64,000 nt of DNA from Hypanus sabinus (taxonomy: Eukaryota). The position numbers and the translations under genes are program-made. The stretch is from assembly GCF_030144855.1 (NCBI RefSeq), contig NC_082722.1:11966001-12030000 (forward strand), in the 5' to 3' direction. Position 1 is the stretch's first letter. Each line of letters starts with the position of its first letter. The notes under the pieces were generated by a model. The model ran no database searches. It saw nothing but the letters and a program-made list of their open reading frames with translations, and was not told the origin of the DNA. Positions 49,470-62,200 of the stretch are shown here, piece after piece.

Positions 49470-52400
49470 TGAGGGTTCCGATGACGTCATCGCCGAGAAT
49501 GGCCGCTTAAATCATTAGCTCCTCCGGAAAAACGCTTATTTAAGTCCCGTTAACCCATCAAATATAGTATTTTTCGAAAGTATTTGAACTGATAAGAGGG
49601 ACAAGAATCGGGAAAAATAATGGAAATAAAAAAGCGACACTGCGGAGCCTGCGGCCGAGAGGAGTGCAGCGAGTGGCTCTTCTACCCGACCGCGTGCTAC
49701 TGAGGCGGACACTGGGCCTCGTTCAGGCGAAGCGGCGAATATGATCTAAATTTTGAAAGAGATAATTGAGTTCCAGAAAGATATAAAACAGCAGCTATAT
49801 GATATTAAGTCAAAGCTTGCCAACGTCAATCAAAAAATAGCGATGGCAGAGATTCCAATTAAGAAGGTGGAAGATCGCGTTCAAAACGTGGAACGGATAT
49901 TAAGTAAGACGATACAAATATTAAATCAACAAGAAGGTAAACTGCTTGACCTGGAGAGAAGATCATGGCGGAAAAAATATCAGAATATACAACGTTCTTA
50001 AAGGAGCGGAGGGCTTGTCTATGAGGGACTTTGTCGGAAAGTTGCTGTGGGACGCGCTGGAGCTTCGCTCGACTATGGAGCTGGAAACTGAGAGAGCGCA
50101 TCGTCTGCTTGTCCCAAAGCCTACCCAAGATAGACCAGATAAGCCACGCTCAATAATAATTAAATTCCTTTAGGCAGTACCAAGGCAGAGATTCTATGAA
50201 GGGCCTGGAGTAAGAAGAGGGTGTTTTTAGGCGTTAAATTAATATATTTCGACCAAGAATATCCCCCCCCCCCCGCGGTCCTGCAGAAACGTAAAGAATA
50301 CTCTGAAGTAAAGCGAGTACTAAAGCAAAAAAGGATTAGATTTCAAACTCCGTACCCTGCTAAACTTCGAGTGTCATATGATGATGGGGCGCGGTTGTAC
50401 CAGACAGTGGAAGAGGCGCCTACGGACATGAAGGCCAAAGAGTTGCCCGTCAGCGTGCTCAAACTGAGGGAAAGCCTGGCAGAGGAATTATTCTGCTCCG
50501 CTTGGGAAATAGTGCGAGAATCGAGAAGGCAGGAATCGGGAGGAGGCCGAGAGAAGAGACAGGGAGATTCCCAAAGACAGTCCTCAAACGAACCATAAGG
50601 TCTGGCTAACTTTAAAATTGTTGAGAAGCTAAACGAAAGAAAAAGTAGATGGTGATATACTTAACTCGAGAAATACTTATTATAATGTGGATTTTATATT
50701 ACTTATTTGTTATTCTTTATTCACTCACTTACTCCTTTTCCCCACCAAAATGAGAATATATATGTGTGAGTGTGAGTGTATATATATATATAAATAAAAG
50801 GAGTATACAGGAAAAACTTTGTAATGGATTTGTTCATTGACTTTTATGAATACTACAATGGGGGCCCTCACAAGTAGGAGGGGTAATTCCACCGCAGCTA
50901 TACATCTCCTCTCGATCAGCGCAGTGTCATGTACTCGGGACCTCAGCCTTGGAATCACACGTTCGTTGCCATTTTTGTTATTATTTGCGTTTCTGGGTTC
51001 TTATTTGGTCAGGGAGCAAATCGATTAAGTTTTATTCTAATTTCAATCATACATTGACAGATAAATACAGATGGCTAAGGACAAGGTAACATTAATTTCG
51101 TTTAATGTCAATGGGCTATTAAATCCAATCAAGCATAATAGAACTTTATACAAAATGAAAAAAGAACAAGCCTATGCAGTATATTTACAGGAACTCATTT
51201 AAGTGATAATGAGCATGGAAAACTAAAGAGAATGGGCTTCACTAATTTGTTTTTCTCCTCATATAAATCAGGACATATGAGAGGAGTTGCTATTCTTATC
51301 TCGTAAGCTAAATTTTGAAAAAGTATTCAAAATGGGAGATAAAGAGGGCAGATATATTCTGGCAAGGTGGAATATAGACGGCAATTCAGTTACTCTATTG
51401 AATATATACGCACCCCCTGGGAAGTGATATTGGTTTCTTTCACAAAATTACTGATATTATGGTAGCAGAAACAGAAGGTCTCCTGATATGTGGGGGAGAC
51501 TTAAATTTACAATTACAACTAAAGTTGGACTCTTCCAATAGAAAAACCTATGAAACAAAATCCTTACATAAGAAAGTTAATACACTTTTTGAGGATGTTG
51601 GTTTAATTGATATTTGGAGGGACCTTTCCCCTGACAGAAGGGATTACACTCATTATTCTGCTCCCCATTCTGTATATACAAGATTAGACTATTTCATAAC
51701 ATTTGGAAAAAAAAGACAAAATAAACACCTGTGGAATTGGGACAATAGATGTAAGTGACCATGCACCTGTATATTTATCTGTTGATTTTGACCTACAACC
51801 AAAGAATACTATATAAGTCTACTCAATGACCCGTACTTTAAGGAACAAATTAAAAAATAAATTGGTCTCTACTTAGAACTTAATGGTAATGGAGAGGTTT
51901 CACCTCCCATTTTATGGGATACTTTGAAGGCTGTCTTTAGAGGGAAAATTATAGCGATACCTTCATAAGACAAAATAAGGAATAAAGTATTAGAGGAATT
52001 ACAAAATAGGCTGAAGGAACTAGAGAAAAAACACAAATTGAATTTGGCACAGGATATATTTGTGGAATTTAAAAAAAATGAGGAATGAAATTAACAGTTT
52101 GGCTACATAAGAAATCAGGAAAAATTTAATATTTCTAAAAAAGATACTTTATGAAAGTGGATCAAAGTCTATGAAAATACTGGCGTGGAAGCTGAAAAGA
52201 AAAGATAGCAGAAAATACAATTCATAGAATTAGGGACCCAAGAACGAAAATGATAAAAAAAATAAACTAAGTGAAATTCAAGAAGCGTTTGAAGTATTTT
52301 ACAAAACTCTATATTCTAAAGTTCCAGGGGGAAGCATAACCCAAATTGACACCTTCTTGAATTCTCTGGAGTTAACCACTTTAAGTGAAGAACAAAAAAG

Positions 52401-55069
52401 AATGATGACTGCTGACATAACTGAAGTTGAATTAAAAGCTGCAATTAGTAGGCTTAAATTAAGTAACTCACCAGGATCAGATGGGTACACGGCAGAGTGG
52501 TAGAAAGAATTTAAAAAAGAATCAATTCCTGTTTTACTCCCCACATTGAACTGGCACAAATGCCACCCAGTTGGAAGGAAGCGATAATCTCAGCTATACC
52601 AAAAGAAGGCAAAGATAAAATGAAATGCGGGTCATTTAGACCAATATCCATTCTTAATGTAGATTATAGATTATTTACCTCCATCATGGCCAAACGATTA
52701 GAGGAGTTTCTACCCAAACTGATAAGTAACATTCAGACAGGTTTTATACAACACCGCCAAACTCAAGATAATATATGAAGGAGACTTCACATTATGGATC
52801 ATATATAAAAATAAAATCGAAGCAATAGTGATAAGCGTGGATGCTGAAAAGGCATTTGATTTGGTTAATTGGAATTTTCTTTACAGAGTTTTACATAGAT
52901 TTGGTTTCCAAGACACAATTATTAAAACTATACAGACACTATATGACAACTCTACTGCTAGGATGAAAATCAATGGATATTTATCAAATAGCTTTACCCT
53001 AGAAAGGGGCACGAGACAGGGCTGTGCATGGTCACCGCTACTCTTCGCATTATATCTGGAACCATTAGCTCAATACATCAGACAAAGTGAAGATATCAGG
53101 GGAATTACTATTAAAGGGACAGAGCATAAATTGGCTTGTTACGTGGATGACATTTTGATCTATCTAGGGTAACCAACATACACTTTACCTAAATTGATGC
53201 AATCCTTTGAACAATATGGTCAATTATCAGGATACAAGATCAACACAGATAAAACCCAATTACTTTCATATTACTATAGCCCACCAAGAGAAATTGAAAG
53301 TAGATATCCCTGGGCATGGAAAACAGAGTCTTTGAAATATTTGGGCATTATTACGCCAAAAGATTTGGCAAAATTATCAGAATGTTATTACCAACCTTTA
53401 TATAAAAATTAATTAAGGACAATATGGCAAGATGGAACCGGATTCCTTTTTTCAGTCTCAGTTCAAGGATGAGTCTATTAAAATGAATATACTGCCCAGA
53501 TTGTGATATCTCTTTTAGACCCTACTAATAGAGATGAATCAAAATCGATTCAATGAATGGAACAAGATGGTATCAAGGTATATTTGGCAGGATAAAAGGC
53601 CTAGAGTTCATCTCAAAACTTTGCAATTAGCAAAGGAAGGGGGGGGGAATGGGGCCTACCTTCTTTCAGAGATTTTTATTTTGCAGCACAGTTGAGAGCT
53701 GTCATATGTGGGTGCACCCCATCTTATGAAGCTCAATCGAAAAATATTGAGGAGCGGGTGCTTCCCATCCGCATACAAGCAATTTTGACTCATAACAACC
53801 TGCAAAGGTACATAAATATTATTGATAAACCATGGGTGAAATTGACTCTTAAAATATGGAAAACTATTATAAAAGAATACAATCTAGAGGGAGATATTGC
53901 AGTTCTTAAATGGTGTGGATATAACTAGGATTTTACACCAAATAAATTGGATGTTAGATTTAAGGACTGGACAGCTAAAGGAATAACAGTTTTTTGCAAC
54001 ATAATGAAAGAAGGAACACTGTTCAGTTTTGAAATGCTTAAAGAGAAACACTTATTAGAAAAACAAGATTTTTATCAGCATCTACAGATGCGACAATATG
54101 TTAATAAGATGCTTAAAAATGTAACCAAGGCAAGCTCATGCTTGATAGAGCTATTTAGAAAAGCATACAATTCAGATAACGTTAGTAGAATCATTTCAAG
54201 CATGTATAAGAGGTTGTCAAATCTTAAAACACATTCAACTTCATATATTAAGACAAAATGGGAGAAGGAAGGAGGGATAATTATATCTGAGGAAGAATGG
54301 ACAATAATATGGAGGTATCAATGGAAGTATATCGGTTCACAGAAATGGAGGGAGTTTGGATGAAAAATCGATAAGATATTTTATTACACCCTCTCAGAAA
54401 TCCCATTATGATAGTAACTTCCCTGTTTGCTGGGGATATTGTGGAAATCAAAATGCAAATCATTATTGTATTTTTTGGGACTGCCCTGTTATCAAAGACT
54501 ATTGGAGGGGGGATACACAATGCCCTACAAGACATCTTTAAATGTGAAATACCGTTAGAGAGTAAGACCATATATTTTGGATATATACCTCAAGAATGGT
54601 TGAAAAGAGATAAATATTCAATGAACATATTGTTGATGGCTGGTAAAAAGACTCTTACTAGGAAATGGTTATCACAGGAGAGCTCAACTTTAAATCCATG
54701 GATGGAAATTATAATGAACATTTTCAAAATGGAGAAGATAACAGCATCTGTTAATCATAAGCTGGAACAATTTGATTCATACTGGGAAAAATGGTTTAAC
54801 TGCATAATGCCTCAGACCTGATTTTATCCTCACAAATCAATGAATATGTTGTAAATAAAAAGATCATTCCCTATTTGTACATAGTTTTTTTTTCCTTTTG
54901 CTTGTTTTTTTCTTTCTACTCTTTTCTATAAGCATATACCTCAGATAAATACTATGTGGAGATTTGTGTCATATATGATTATATGATATATATGTACAAT
55001 GTCTGAAATACATCTAATGGATATGTTTGTTTGATGATGAACTTCAATAAAAATAAATTACAAAAAAAA
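49470..55069 (+). mobile_element. Full-length L1 (LINE-1 clade) retrotransposon, inactivated
   Basis: CpG-rich 5' UTR; ORF1 (coiled coil, LERAHR, YPAKLRV); ORF2 from ATG 51071 (SFNVNGL, GGDLN, RPISILNVDY, DAEKAFD, RGTRQGC, YVDD, C-terminal Cys-rich knuckle); AATAAA and A tail; 11-bp TSD GAAAATCACCA at 49459-49469 and 55070-55080; many stops and frameshifts. Confidence 0.97.
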
Positions 55070-55254
55070 GAAAATCACCAGGAATTTCCCTATCATGCAC
55101 CGTCTTTTGAAATCACCTATATTTGTTATTTCAATTGATAAATCAAGTCAACTATAATGTTGCCCATAATGTAAGCTCAGAAGTTTTCTGTCTTGTCAAG
55201 ACATCTCCAAGGCAAATGCTGCCTGGCAGGACAGGTTATAGGAATTCTATACAA

Positions 55255-55474
55255 TCCCATGAAAGATTTCAATATTTGAGACAGATGTTTCCCAGAATAA
55301 CAGATGCCAAGAATAAGGAAGGTTTTGTTGTTGGTCCACAAATCAACATGTCATCAATGACAGGCAACTTTTAGTAGGACCAGAGAAAATCGCATGGAAG
55401 GCATCTAAGAATGTTCAAAATTTTCTTGGTAACTACAGAGCACCAAATTATGTGCAGCTGCTTGACAACATATT
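55255..55474 (+). mobile_element. DNA transposase fragment, Chapaev3-like (CMC superfamily), cut by an LTR
   Basis: FQYLRQMFPRITDAKNKEGFVVGPQI ... EKIAWKA ... FLGNYRAPNYVQLLDN; family name recalled from memory, not searched. Confidence 0.6.
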
Positions 55475-56200
55475 TGTCATAAGGGGGGCATTGGGAGTGC
55501 AACCAAAAGCAAGACACAGACGCTGAACTACTAGGAACAGGACTAGGTGTGAGAAGGAAGCAAGGAAAGTGGGGAAGAAAGGATGCTGGACATGACACAG
55601 TCCCCGGACAAGGATTCTGGGCCTGGGCTAGGACTTGACAAGGATAGCTGAAACAGGACATGAAACTGGGAACTAGGAGCCTGGGCTTGGACTCAGAGCC
55701 AGAGACTGGACAAGTACCCAGAACGTGGTTCTTGACTCGGGCTCGGACTCCAGAATCAGGCGAGGACAAGACATGGCTACTGGACGAGGAGAGGCAACAG
55801 AACTGGACGTGAGACTCATGGACAGGACAAGGAAACCACAGCAGACAAGGGAACTCCAGCATCGGGCTGGGTGAGGGACATGACAAGATGAGAACAGAAA
55901 GCCGTGGCTTGGACAGGACTAGGACCTTGGACATGACTAGGATTGGACGAGAGCCCAAAGCCTTGACTTGGTCGAGGAAGAGACGGGAACGTAGAGCCTT
56001 GATTGAAGAAGAACAGGAACATAGAACACAGAGCTGAGGGAGAGACAGGAACATGGACCACCAAGCCGGGAGCCCTCGTTGGGTGCAGGACGTAGGGCCG
56101 GGACTCATTACACAGAACGTTAAACACGACGAGACAGTTCCCATCACTAGGTAGAGGCAAAACGGCCCGACCTACCTAGCAAAGGCGTGGACACAGACAG
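55475..56200 (-). mobile_element. Gypsy-type LTR (3' end) related to the LTR at 24479-25062
   Basis: Minus strand ends CCTAGTAGTTCAGCGTCTGTGTCTTGC...CCCCTTATGACA vs CCTAGTACTTCAGTGCCTGCGTCCTGC...CCCCTTGTGACA at 24479. Confidence 0.75.
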
Positions 56201-59200
56201 TTGCAAACAAGGTGAGGCTCCAGACAGAGGCACGGCGAGGCAAGGCACCAGGCAGAGGCGAGGAGAGGCGAGGCGAGGCGAGGCTCCAGGCAGAGGCGAG
56301 GAGAGGCGAGGCGAGGCTCCAGGCAGAGGCGAGGAGAGGCGAGGCGAGGCTCCAGGCAGAGGCGAGGAGAGGCTCCAGGCAGAGGCGAGGAGAGGCGAGG
56401 CGAGGAGAGGCTCCAGACAGAGGCGAGGAGAGGCGAGGCGAGGCTCCGGGCAGAGGCGAGGAGAGGCGAGGCGAGGCTCCGGGCAGAGGAGAGGAGAGGC
56501 GAGGCGAGGCTCCGGGCAGAGGCGAGGAGAGGCGAGGCGAGGCTCCGGGCAGAGGCGAGGAGAGGTGAGGCGAGGCTCCGGGCAGAGGCGAGGAGAGGTG
56601 AGGCGAGGCGAGGCTCCGGGCAGAGGTGAGGAGAGGCGAGGCGAGGCTCCGGGCAGAGGCGAGGAGAGGCGAGGCGAGGCTCCGGGCAGAGGCGAGGAGA
56701 GGCGAGGCGAGGCTCCGGGCAGAGGCGAGGAGAGGCTCCAGGCAGAGGCGAGGAGAGGCGAGGCGAGGCTCCAGGCAGAGTCGAGGAGAGGCGAGGCGAG
56801 GCTCCGGGCAGAGGCGAGGAGAGGCGAGGCGAGGCTCCGGGCAGAGGCGAGGCGAGGCTCCGGGCAGAGGCGAGGAGAGGCGAGGCGAGGCTCCGGGCAG
56901 AGGCGAGGAGAGGCGAGGAGAGGCGAGGCGAGGCTCCAGGCAGAGGCGAGGAGAGGCGAGGCGAGGCTCCAGGCAGAGGCGAGGCGAGGGGAGGCTCCAG
57001 TCAGAGGCGAGGAGAGGCGAGGCGAGGCTCCAGGCACAGGCGAGGAGAGGCGAGGCGAGGCGAGGCTCCAGGCAGAGGCGAGGAGAGGCGAGGCAAGGCT
57101 CCAGGCAGAGGCAAGGAGAGGCGAGGCGAGGCTCCAGGCAGAAGCGAGGAGAAGCGAGGCAAGGCTCCAGGCAGAGGTGAGGAGAGGCGAGGCTCCAGGC
57201 AGAGGCGAGGAGAGGCGAGGCTCCAGGCAGAGGCGAGGCGAGGGGAGGCTCCAGGCAGAGGCGAGGAGAGGCGAGGCGAGGCTCCAGGCACAGGCGAGGC
57301 GAGGCTCCGGGCAGAGGCGAGGAGAGGCGAGGCGAGGCTCCGGGCAGAGGCGAGGAGAGGCGAGGCGAGGCTCTGGGCAGAGGCGAGGAGAGGCGAGGCG
57401 AGGCTCCGGGCAGAGGCGAGGAGAGGCTCCAGGCACAGGCGAGGCGAGGCTCCGGGCAGAGGCGAGGAGAGGCGAGGCGAGGCTCCGGGGAGAGGCGAGG
57501 AGAGGCGAGGCGAGGCTCCGGGCAGAGGCGAGGAGAGCCGAGGCGAGGCTCCGGGCAGAGGCGACGAGAGACAAGGCGAGGCTCCGGGCAGAGGCGAGGA
57601 GAGGCGAGGTGAGGCTCCGGGCAGAGGCGAGGAGAGGCGAGGAGAGGCGAGGCGAGGCTCCGGGCAGAGGCGAGGAGAGGCGAGGCGAGGCTCCGGGCAG
57701 AGGCGAGGAGAGGCGAGGCGAGGCTCCGGGCAGAGGCGAGGCGAGGCGAGGCGAGGCTCCGGGCAGAGGCGAGGCGAGGCGAGGCGAGGCTCCGGGCAGA
57801 GGCGAGGCGAGGGGAGGCGAGGCTCCAGGCAGAGGCGAGGCGAGGGGAGGCTCCAGTCAGAGGCGAGGAGAGGCGAGGCGAGGCTCCAGGCACAGGCGAG
57901 GAGAGGCGAGGCGAGGCGAGGCTCCAGGCAGAGGCGAGGAGAGGTGAGGCAAGGCTCCTGGCAGAGGCGAGGAGAGGCGAGGCAAGGCTCCAGGCAGAGG
58001 CGAGGAGAGGCGAGGCGAGGCGAGGCTCCAGGCAGAGGCGAGGAGAGGCGAGGCAAGGCTCCAGGCAGAGGCGAGGAGAGGCGAGGTGAGGCTCCAGGCA
58101 GAGGCGAGGAGAAGCGAGGCAAGGCTCCAGGCAGAGGCGAGGAGAGGCAAGGCGAGGCTCCAGGCAGAGGCGAGGAGAGGCAAGGCAAGGCTCCAGGCAG
58201 AGGCGAGGAGAGGCGAGGCTCCAGGCAGAGGCGAGGAGAGGGGAGGCTCCAGGCAGAGGCGAGGAGAGGCGAGGCGAGGCTCCAGGCACAGGCGAGGCGA
58301 GGCTCCAGGCAGAGGCGAGGAGAGGCGAGGCAAGGCTCCAGGCAGAGGCGAGGAGAGGCGAGGCGAGGCTCCAGGCAGAGGCGAGGAGAAGCGAGGCGAG
58401 GCTCCAGGCAGAGGTGAGGAGAAGCGAGGCAAGGCTCCAGGCAGAGGTGAGGCAAGGCTCCAGGCAGAGGTGAGGCGAGGCTCCAGGCACAGGCGAGGTG
58501 AGGCCAGGCAGAGCTACAGGCAGAAGTGAGGAGAGGCGAGGCGAGGCTCCAGGCAGAGGTGAGGAGAAGCGAGGCAAGGCTCCAGGCAGAGGCGAGGCAA
58601 GGCTCCAGGCAGAGGTGAGGAGAAGCGAGGCAAGGCTCCAGGCAGAGGCGAGGCAAGGCTCCAGGCAGAGGTGAGGAGAGGCGAGGCGAGGCTCCAGGCA
58701 CAGGCGAGGCGAGGCGAGGCAAGGCTCCAGGCAGAGGTGAGGAGAGGCGAGGCGAGGCTCCGGGCAGAGGCGAGGAGAGGCGAGGCGAGGCTCCGGGCAT
58801 AGGCGAGGAGAGCCGAGGCGAGGAGAGGCGAGGCGAGGCTCCAGGCAGAGGCGAGGCGAGGCGAGGCTCCAGGCAGAGGCGAGGAGAGGCGAGGCAAGGC
58901 TCCAGGCAGAGGCGAGGAGAGGCAAGGCGAGGCTCCAGGCAGAGGCGAGGAGAAGCGAGGCGAGGCTCCAGGCAGAGGTGAGGAGAAGCGAGGCAAGGCT
59001 CCAGGCAGAGGTGAGGAGAAGTGAGGCAAGGCTCCAGGCAGATGCGAGGAGAGGCGAGGCGAGGCTCCGGGCAGAGGCGAGGAGAAGTGAGGCAAGGCTC
59101 CAGGCAGAGGGGAGGAGAGGCGAGGCGAGGCTCCAGGCAGAAGCGAGGAGAGGGGAGGCGAGGCTCCGGGCAGAGGCGAGGAGAGGCGAGGCGAGGCTCC

Positions 59201-62200
59201 GGGCAGAGGCGAGGAGAGCCGAGGCGAGGCTCCGGGCAGAGGCGAAGAGAGGCGAGGCGAGGCTCCGGGCAGAGGCGAGGAGAGGCGAGGCGAGGCTCCG
59301 GGCAGAGGCGAGGAGAGGCGAGGAGAGGCGAGGCGAGGCTCCGGGCAGAGGCGAGGAGAGGCGAGGCGAGGCTCCGGGCAGAGGCGAGGAGAGGCGAGGA
59401 GAGGCGAGGCGAGGCTCCGGGCAGAGGCGAGGCGAGGCGAGGCTCCGGGCAGAGGCGAGGCGAGGCGAGGCGAGGCGAGGCTCCGGGCAGAGGCGAGGCG
59501 AGGCGAGGCGAGGCTCCAGGCAGAGGCGAGGCGAGGGGAGGCTCCAGTCAGAGGCGAGGAGACGCGAGGCGAGGCTCCAGGCACAGGCGAGGAGAGGCGA
59601 GGCGAGGCGAGGCTCCAGGCAGAGGCGAGGAGAGGTGAGGCAAGGCTCCCAGGCAGAGGCGAGGCGAGGGGAGGCTCCAGGCAGAGGCGAGGAGAGGCGA
59701 GGCGAGGCTCCAGGCACAGGCGAGGAGAGGCTCCAGGCAGAGGCGAGGAGAGGCGAGGCAAGGCTCCAGGCAGAGGCGAGGAGAGGCGAGGCTCCAGGCA
59801 GAGGCGAGGAGAGGCGAGGCTCCAGGCAGAGGCGAGGCGAGGGGAGGCTCCAGGCAGAGGCGAGGAGAGGCGAGGTGAGGCTCCAGGCACAGGCGAGGCG
59901 AGGCTCCAGGCAGAGGCGAGGAGAAGCGAGGCAAGGCTCCAGGCAGAGGTGAGGAGAAACGAGGCAAGGCTCCAGGCAGAGGCGAGGAGAGGCGAGGCAA
60001 GGCTCCAGGCAGAGGTGAGGAGAAGCGAGGCAAGGCTCCAGGCAGAGGCGAGGAGAGGCGAGGCGAGGCTCCAGGCAGAGGCGAGGAGAGGCGAGGCAAG
60101 GCTCCAGGCAGAGGTGAGGAGAAGCGAGGCAAGGCTCCAGGCAGAGGCGAGGAGAGGCAAGACAAGGTTCCAGGCAGAGGCGAGGAGAGGCAAGACAAGG
60201 TTCCAGGCAGAGGCGAGGCGAGTCGAGGCTCCAGGCCGAGGTGAGGAGAGGCAAGGCTCCTGGCAGAGGCGAGGCAAGGCTCCTGGCAGAGGCGAGGAGA
60301 GGCGAGGCTCCAGGCAGAGGTGAGGAGAAGCGAGGCGAGGCTCCAGGCAGAGGTGAGGAGAAGTGAGGCAAGGCTCCAGGCAGAGGCGAGGCGAGGGGAG
60401 GCTCCAGGTAGAGGCGAGGAGAGGCGAGGCAAGGCTCCAGGCAGAGGCGAGGCGAGGCGAGGCTCCAGGCAGAGGCGAGGAGAGGCGAGGCGAGGCTCCA
60501 GGCAGAGGCGTGGAGAAGCGAGGCAAGGCTCCAGGCAGAGGTGAGGAGAAGCGATGCAAGACTCCAGGCAGAGGCGAGGCGAGGCTCCTGGCAGAGGCGA
60601 GGCGAGGCGAGGCTCCAGGCAGAGGCGAGGAGAGGCAAGGCAAGGCTCCAGGCACAGGCGAGGAGAGGCAAGGCAAGGCTCCAGGCACAGGCGAGGAGAG
60701 GCGAGGCGAGGCTCCAGGCAGAGGCGAGGAGAAGCGAGGCAAGGCTCCAGGCAGAGGTGAGGAGAAACGAGGCAAGGCTCCAGGCAGAGGCGAGGAGAGG
60801 CGAGGCAAGGCTCCAGGCAGAGGTGAGGAGAAGCGAGGCAAGGCTCCAGGCAGAGGCGAGGAGAGGCGAGGCGAGGCTCCAGGCAGAGGCGAGGAGAGGC
60901 GAGGCAAGGCTCCAGGCAGAGGTGAGGAGAAGCGAGGCAAGGCTCCAGGCAGAGGCGAGGAGAGGCAAGACAAGGTTCCAGGCAGAGGCGAGGAGAGGCA
61001 AGACAAGGTTCCAGGCAGAGGCGAGGCGAGTCGAGGCTCCAGGCCGAGGTGAGGAGAGGCAAGGCTCCTGGCAGAGGCGAGGCAAGGCTCCTGGCAGAGG
61101 CGAGGAGAGGCGAGGCTCCAGGCAGAGGTGAGGAGAAGCGAGGCGAGGCTCCAGGCAGAGGTGAGGAGAAGTGAGGCAAGGCTCCAGGCAGAGGCGAGGC
61201 GAGGGGAGGCTCCAGGTAGAGGCGAGGAGAGGCGAGGCAAGGCTCCAGGCAGAGGCGAGGCGAGGCGAGGCTCCAGGCAGAGGCGAGGAGAGGCGAGGCG
61301 AGGCTCCAGGCAGAGGCGTGGAGAAGCGAGGCAAGGCTCCAGGCAGAGGTGAGGAGAAGCGAGGCAAGACTCCAGGCAGAGGCGAGGCGAGGCTCCTGGC
61401 AGAGGCGAGGCGAGGCGAGGCTCCAGGCAGAGGCGAGGAGAGGCAAGGCAAGGCTCCAGGCACAGGCGAGGAGAGGCAAGGCAAGGCTCCAGGCACAGGC
61501 GAGGAGAGGCGAGGCAAGGCTCCAGGCAGAGGCGAGGAGAGGCGAGGCAAGGGTCCAGGCAGAGGCGAGGAGAGGTGAGGCAAGGCTCCTGGCAGAGGCG
61601 AGGAGAGGCGAGGCAATGGTCCAGGCAGAGGTGAGGCAAGGCTCCAAGCAGAGGCGAGGCGAGGCTCCAGGCAGAGGCGAGGCGAGGCTCCAGGCAGAGG
61701 CGAGGCGAGGCTCCAGGCAGAAGCGAGGCGAGGCGAGGCAAGGCTCCAGGCAGAGGTGAGGAGAAGCGAGGCAAGGCTCCAGGCAGAGGCGAGGCAAGGC
61801 TCCAAGCAGAGGTGAGGAGAGGTGAGGCAAGGCTCCAGGCAGAGGCGAGGCGAGGCTCCAGGCAGAGGCGAGGCGAGGCTCCAGGCAGAAGCGAGGCGAG
61901 GCGAGGCAAGGCTCCAGGCAGAGGTGAGGAGAAGCGAGGCAAGGCTCCAGGCAGAGGCGAGGCAAGGCTCCAGGCAGAGGCGAAGCAAGGCTCCTGGCAG
62001 AGGCGAGGAGAGGCGAGTCAAGGCTCCAGGCAGAGGCGAGGCGAGGCTCCAGGCAGAGGCGAGGAGAGGCGAGACGAGGCTCCAGGCAGAGGCGAGGAGA
62101 GGCGAGGCGAGGCTCCCGGCAGAGGCGAGGAGAGGCGAGGCAAGGCTCCAGGCAGAGGCGAGGCGAGGCGAGGCAAGGCTCTAGGCAGAGGCGAGGAGAG

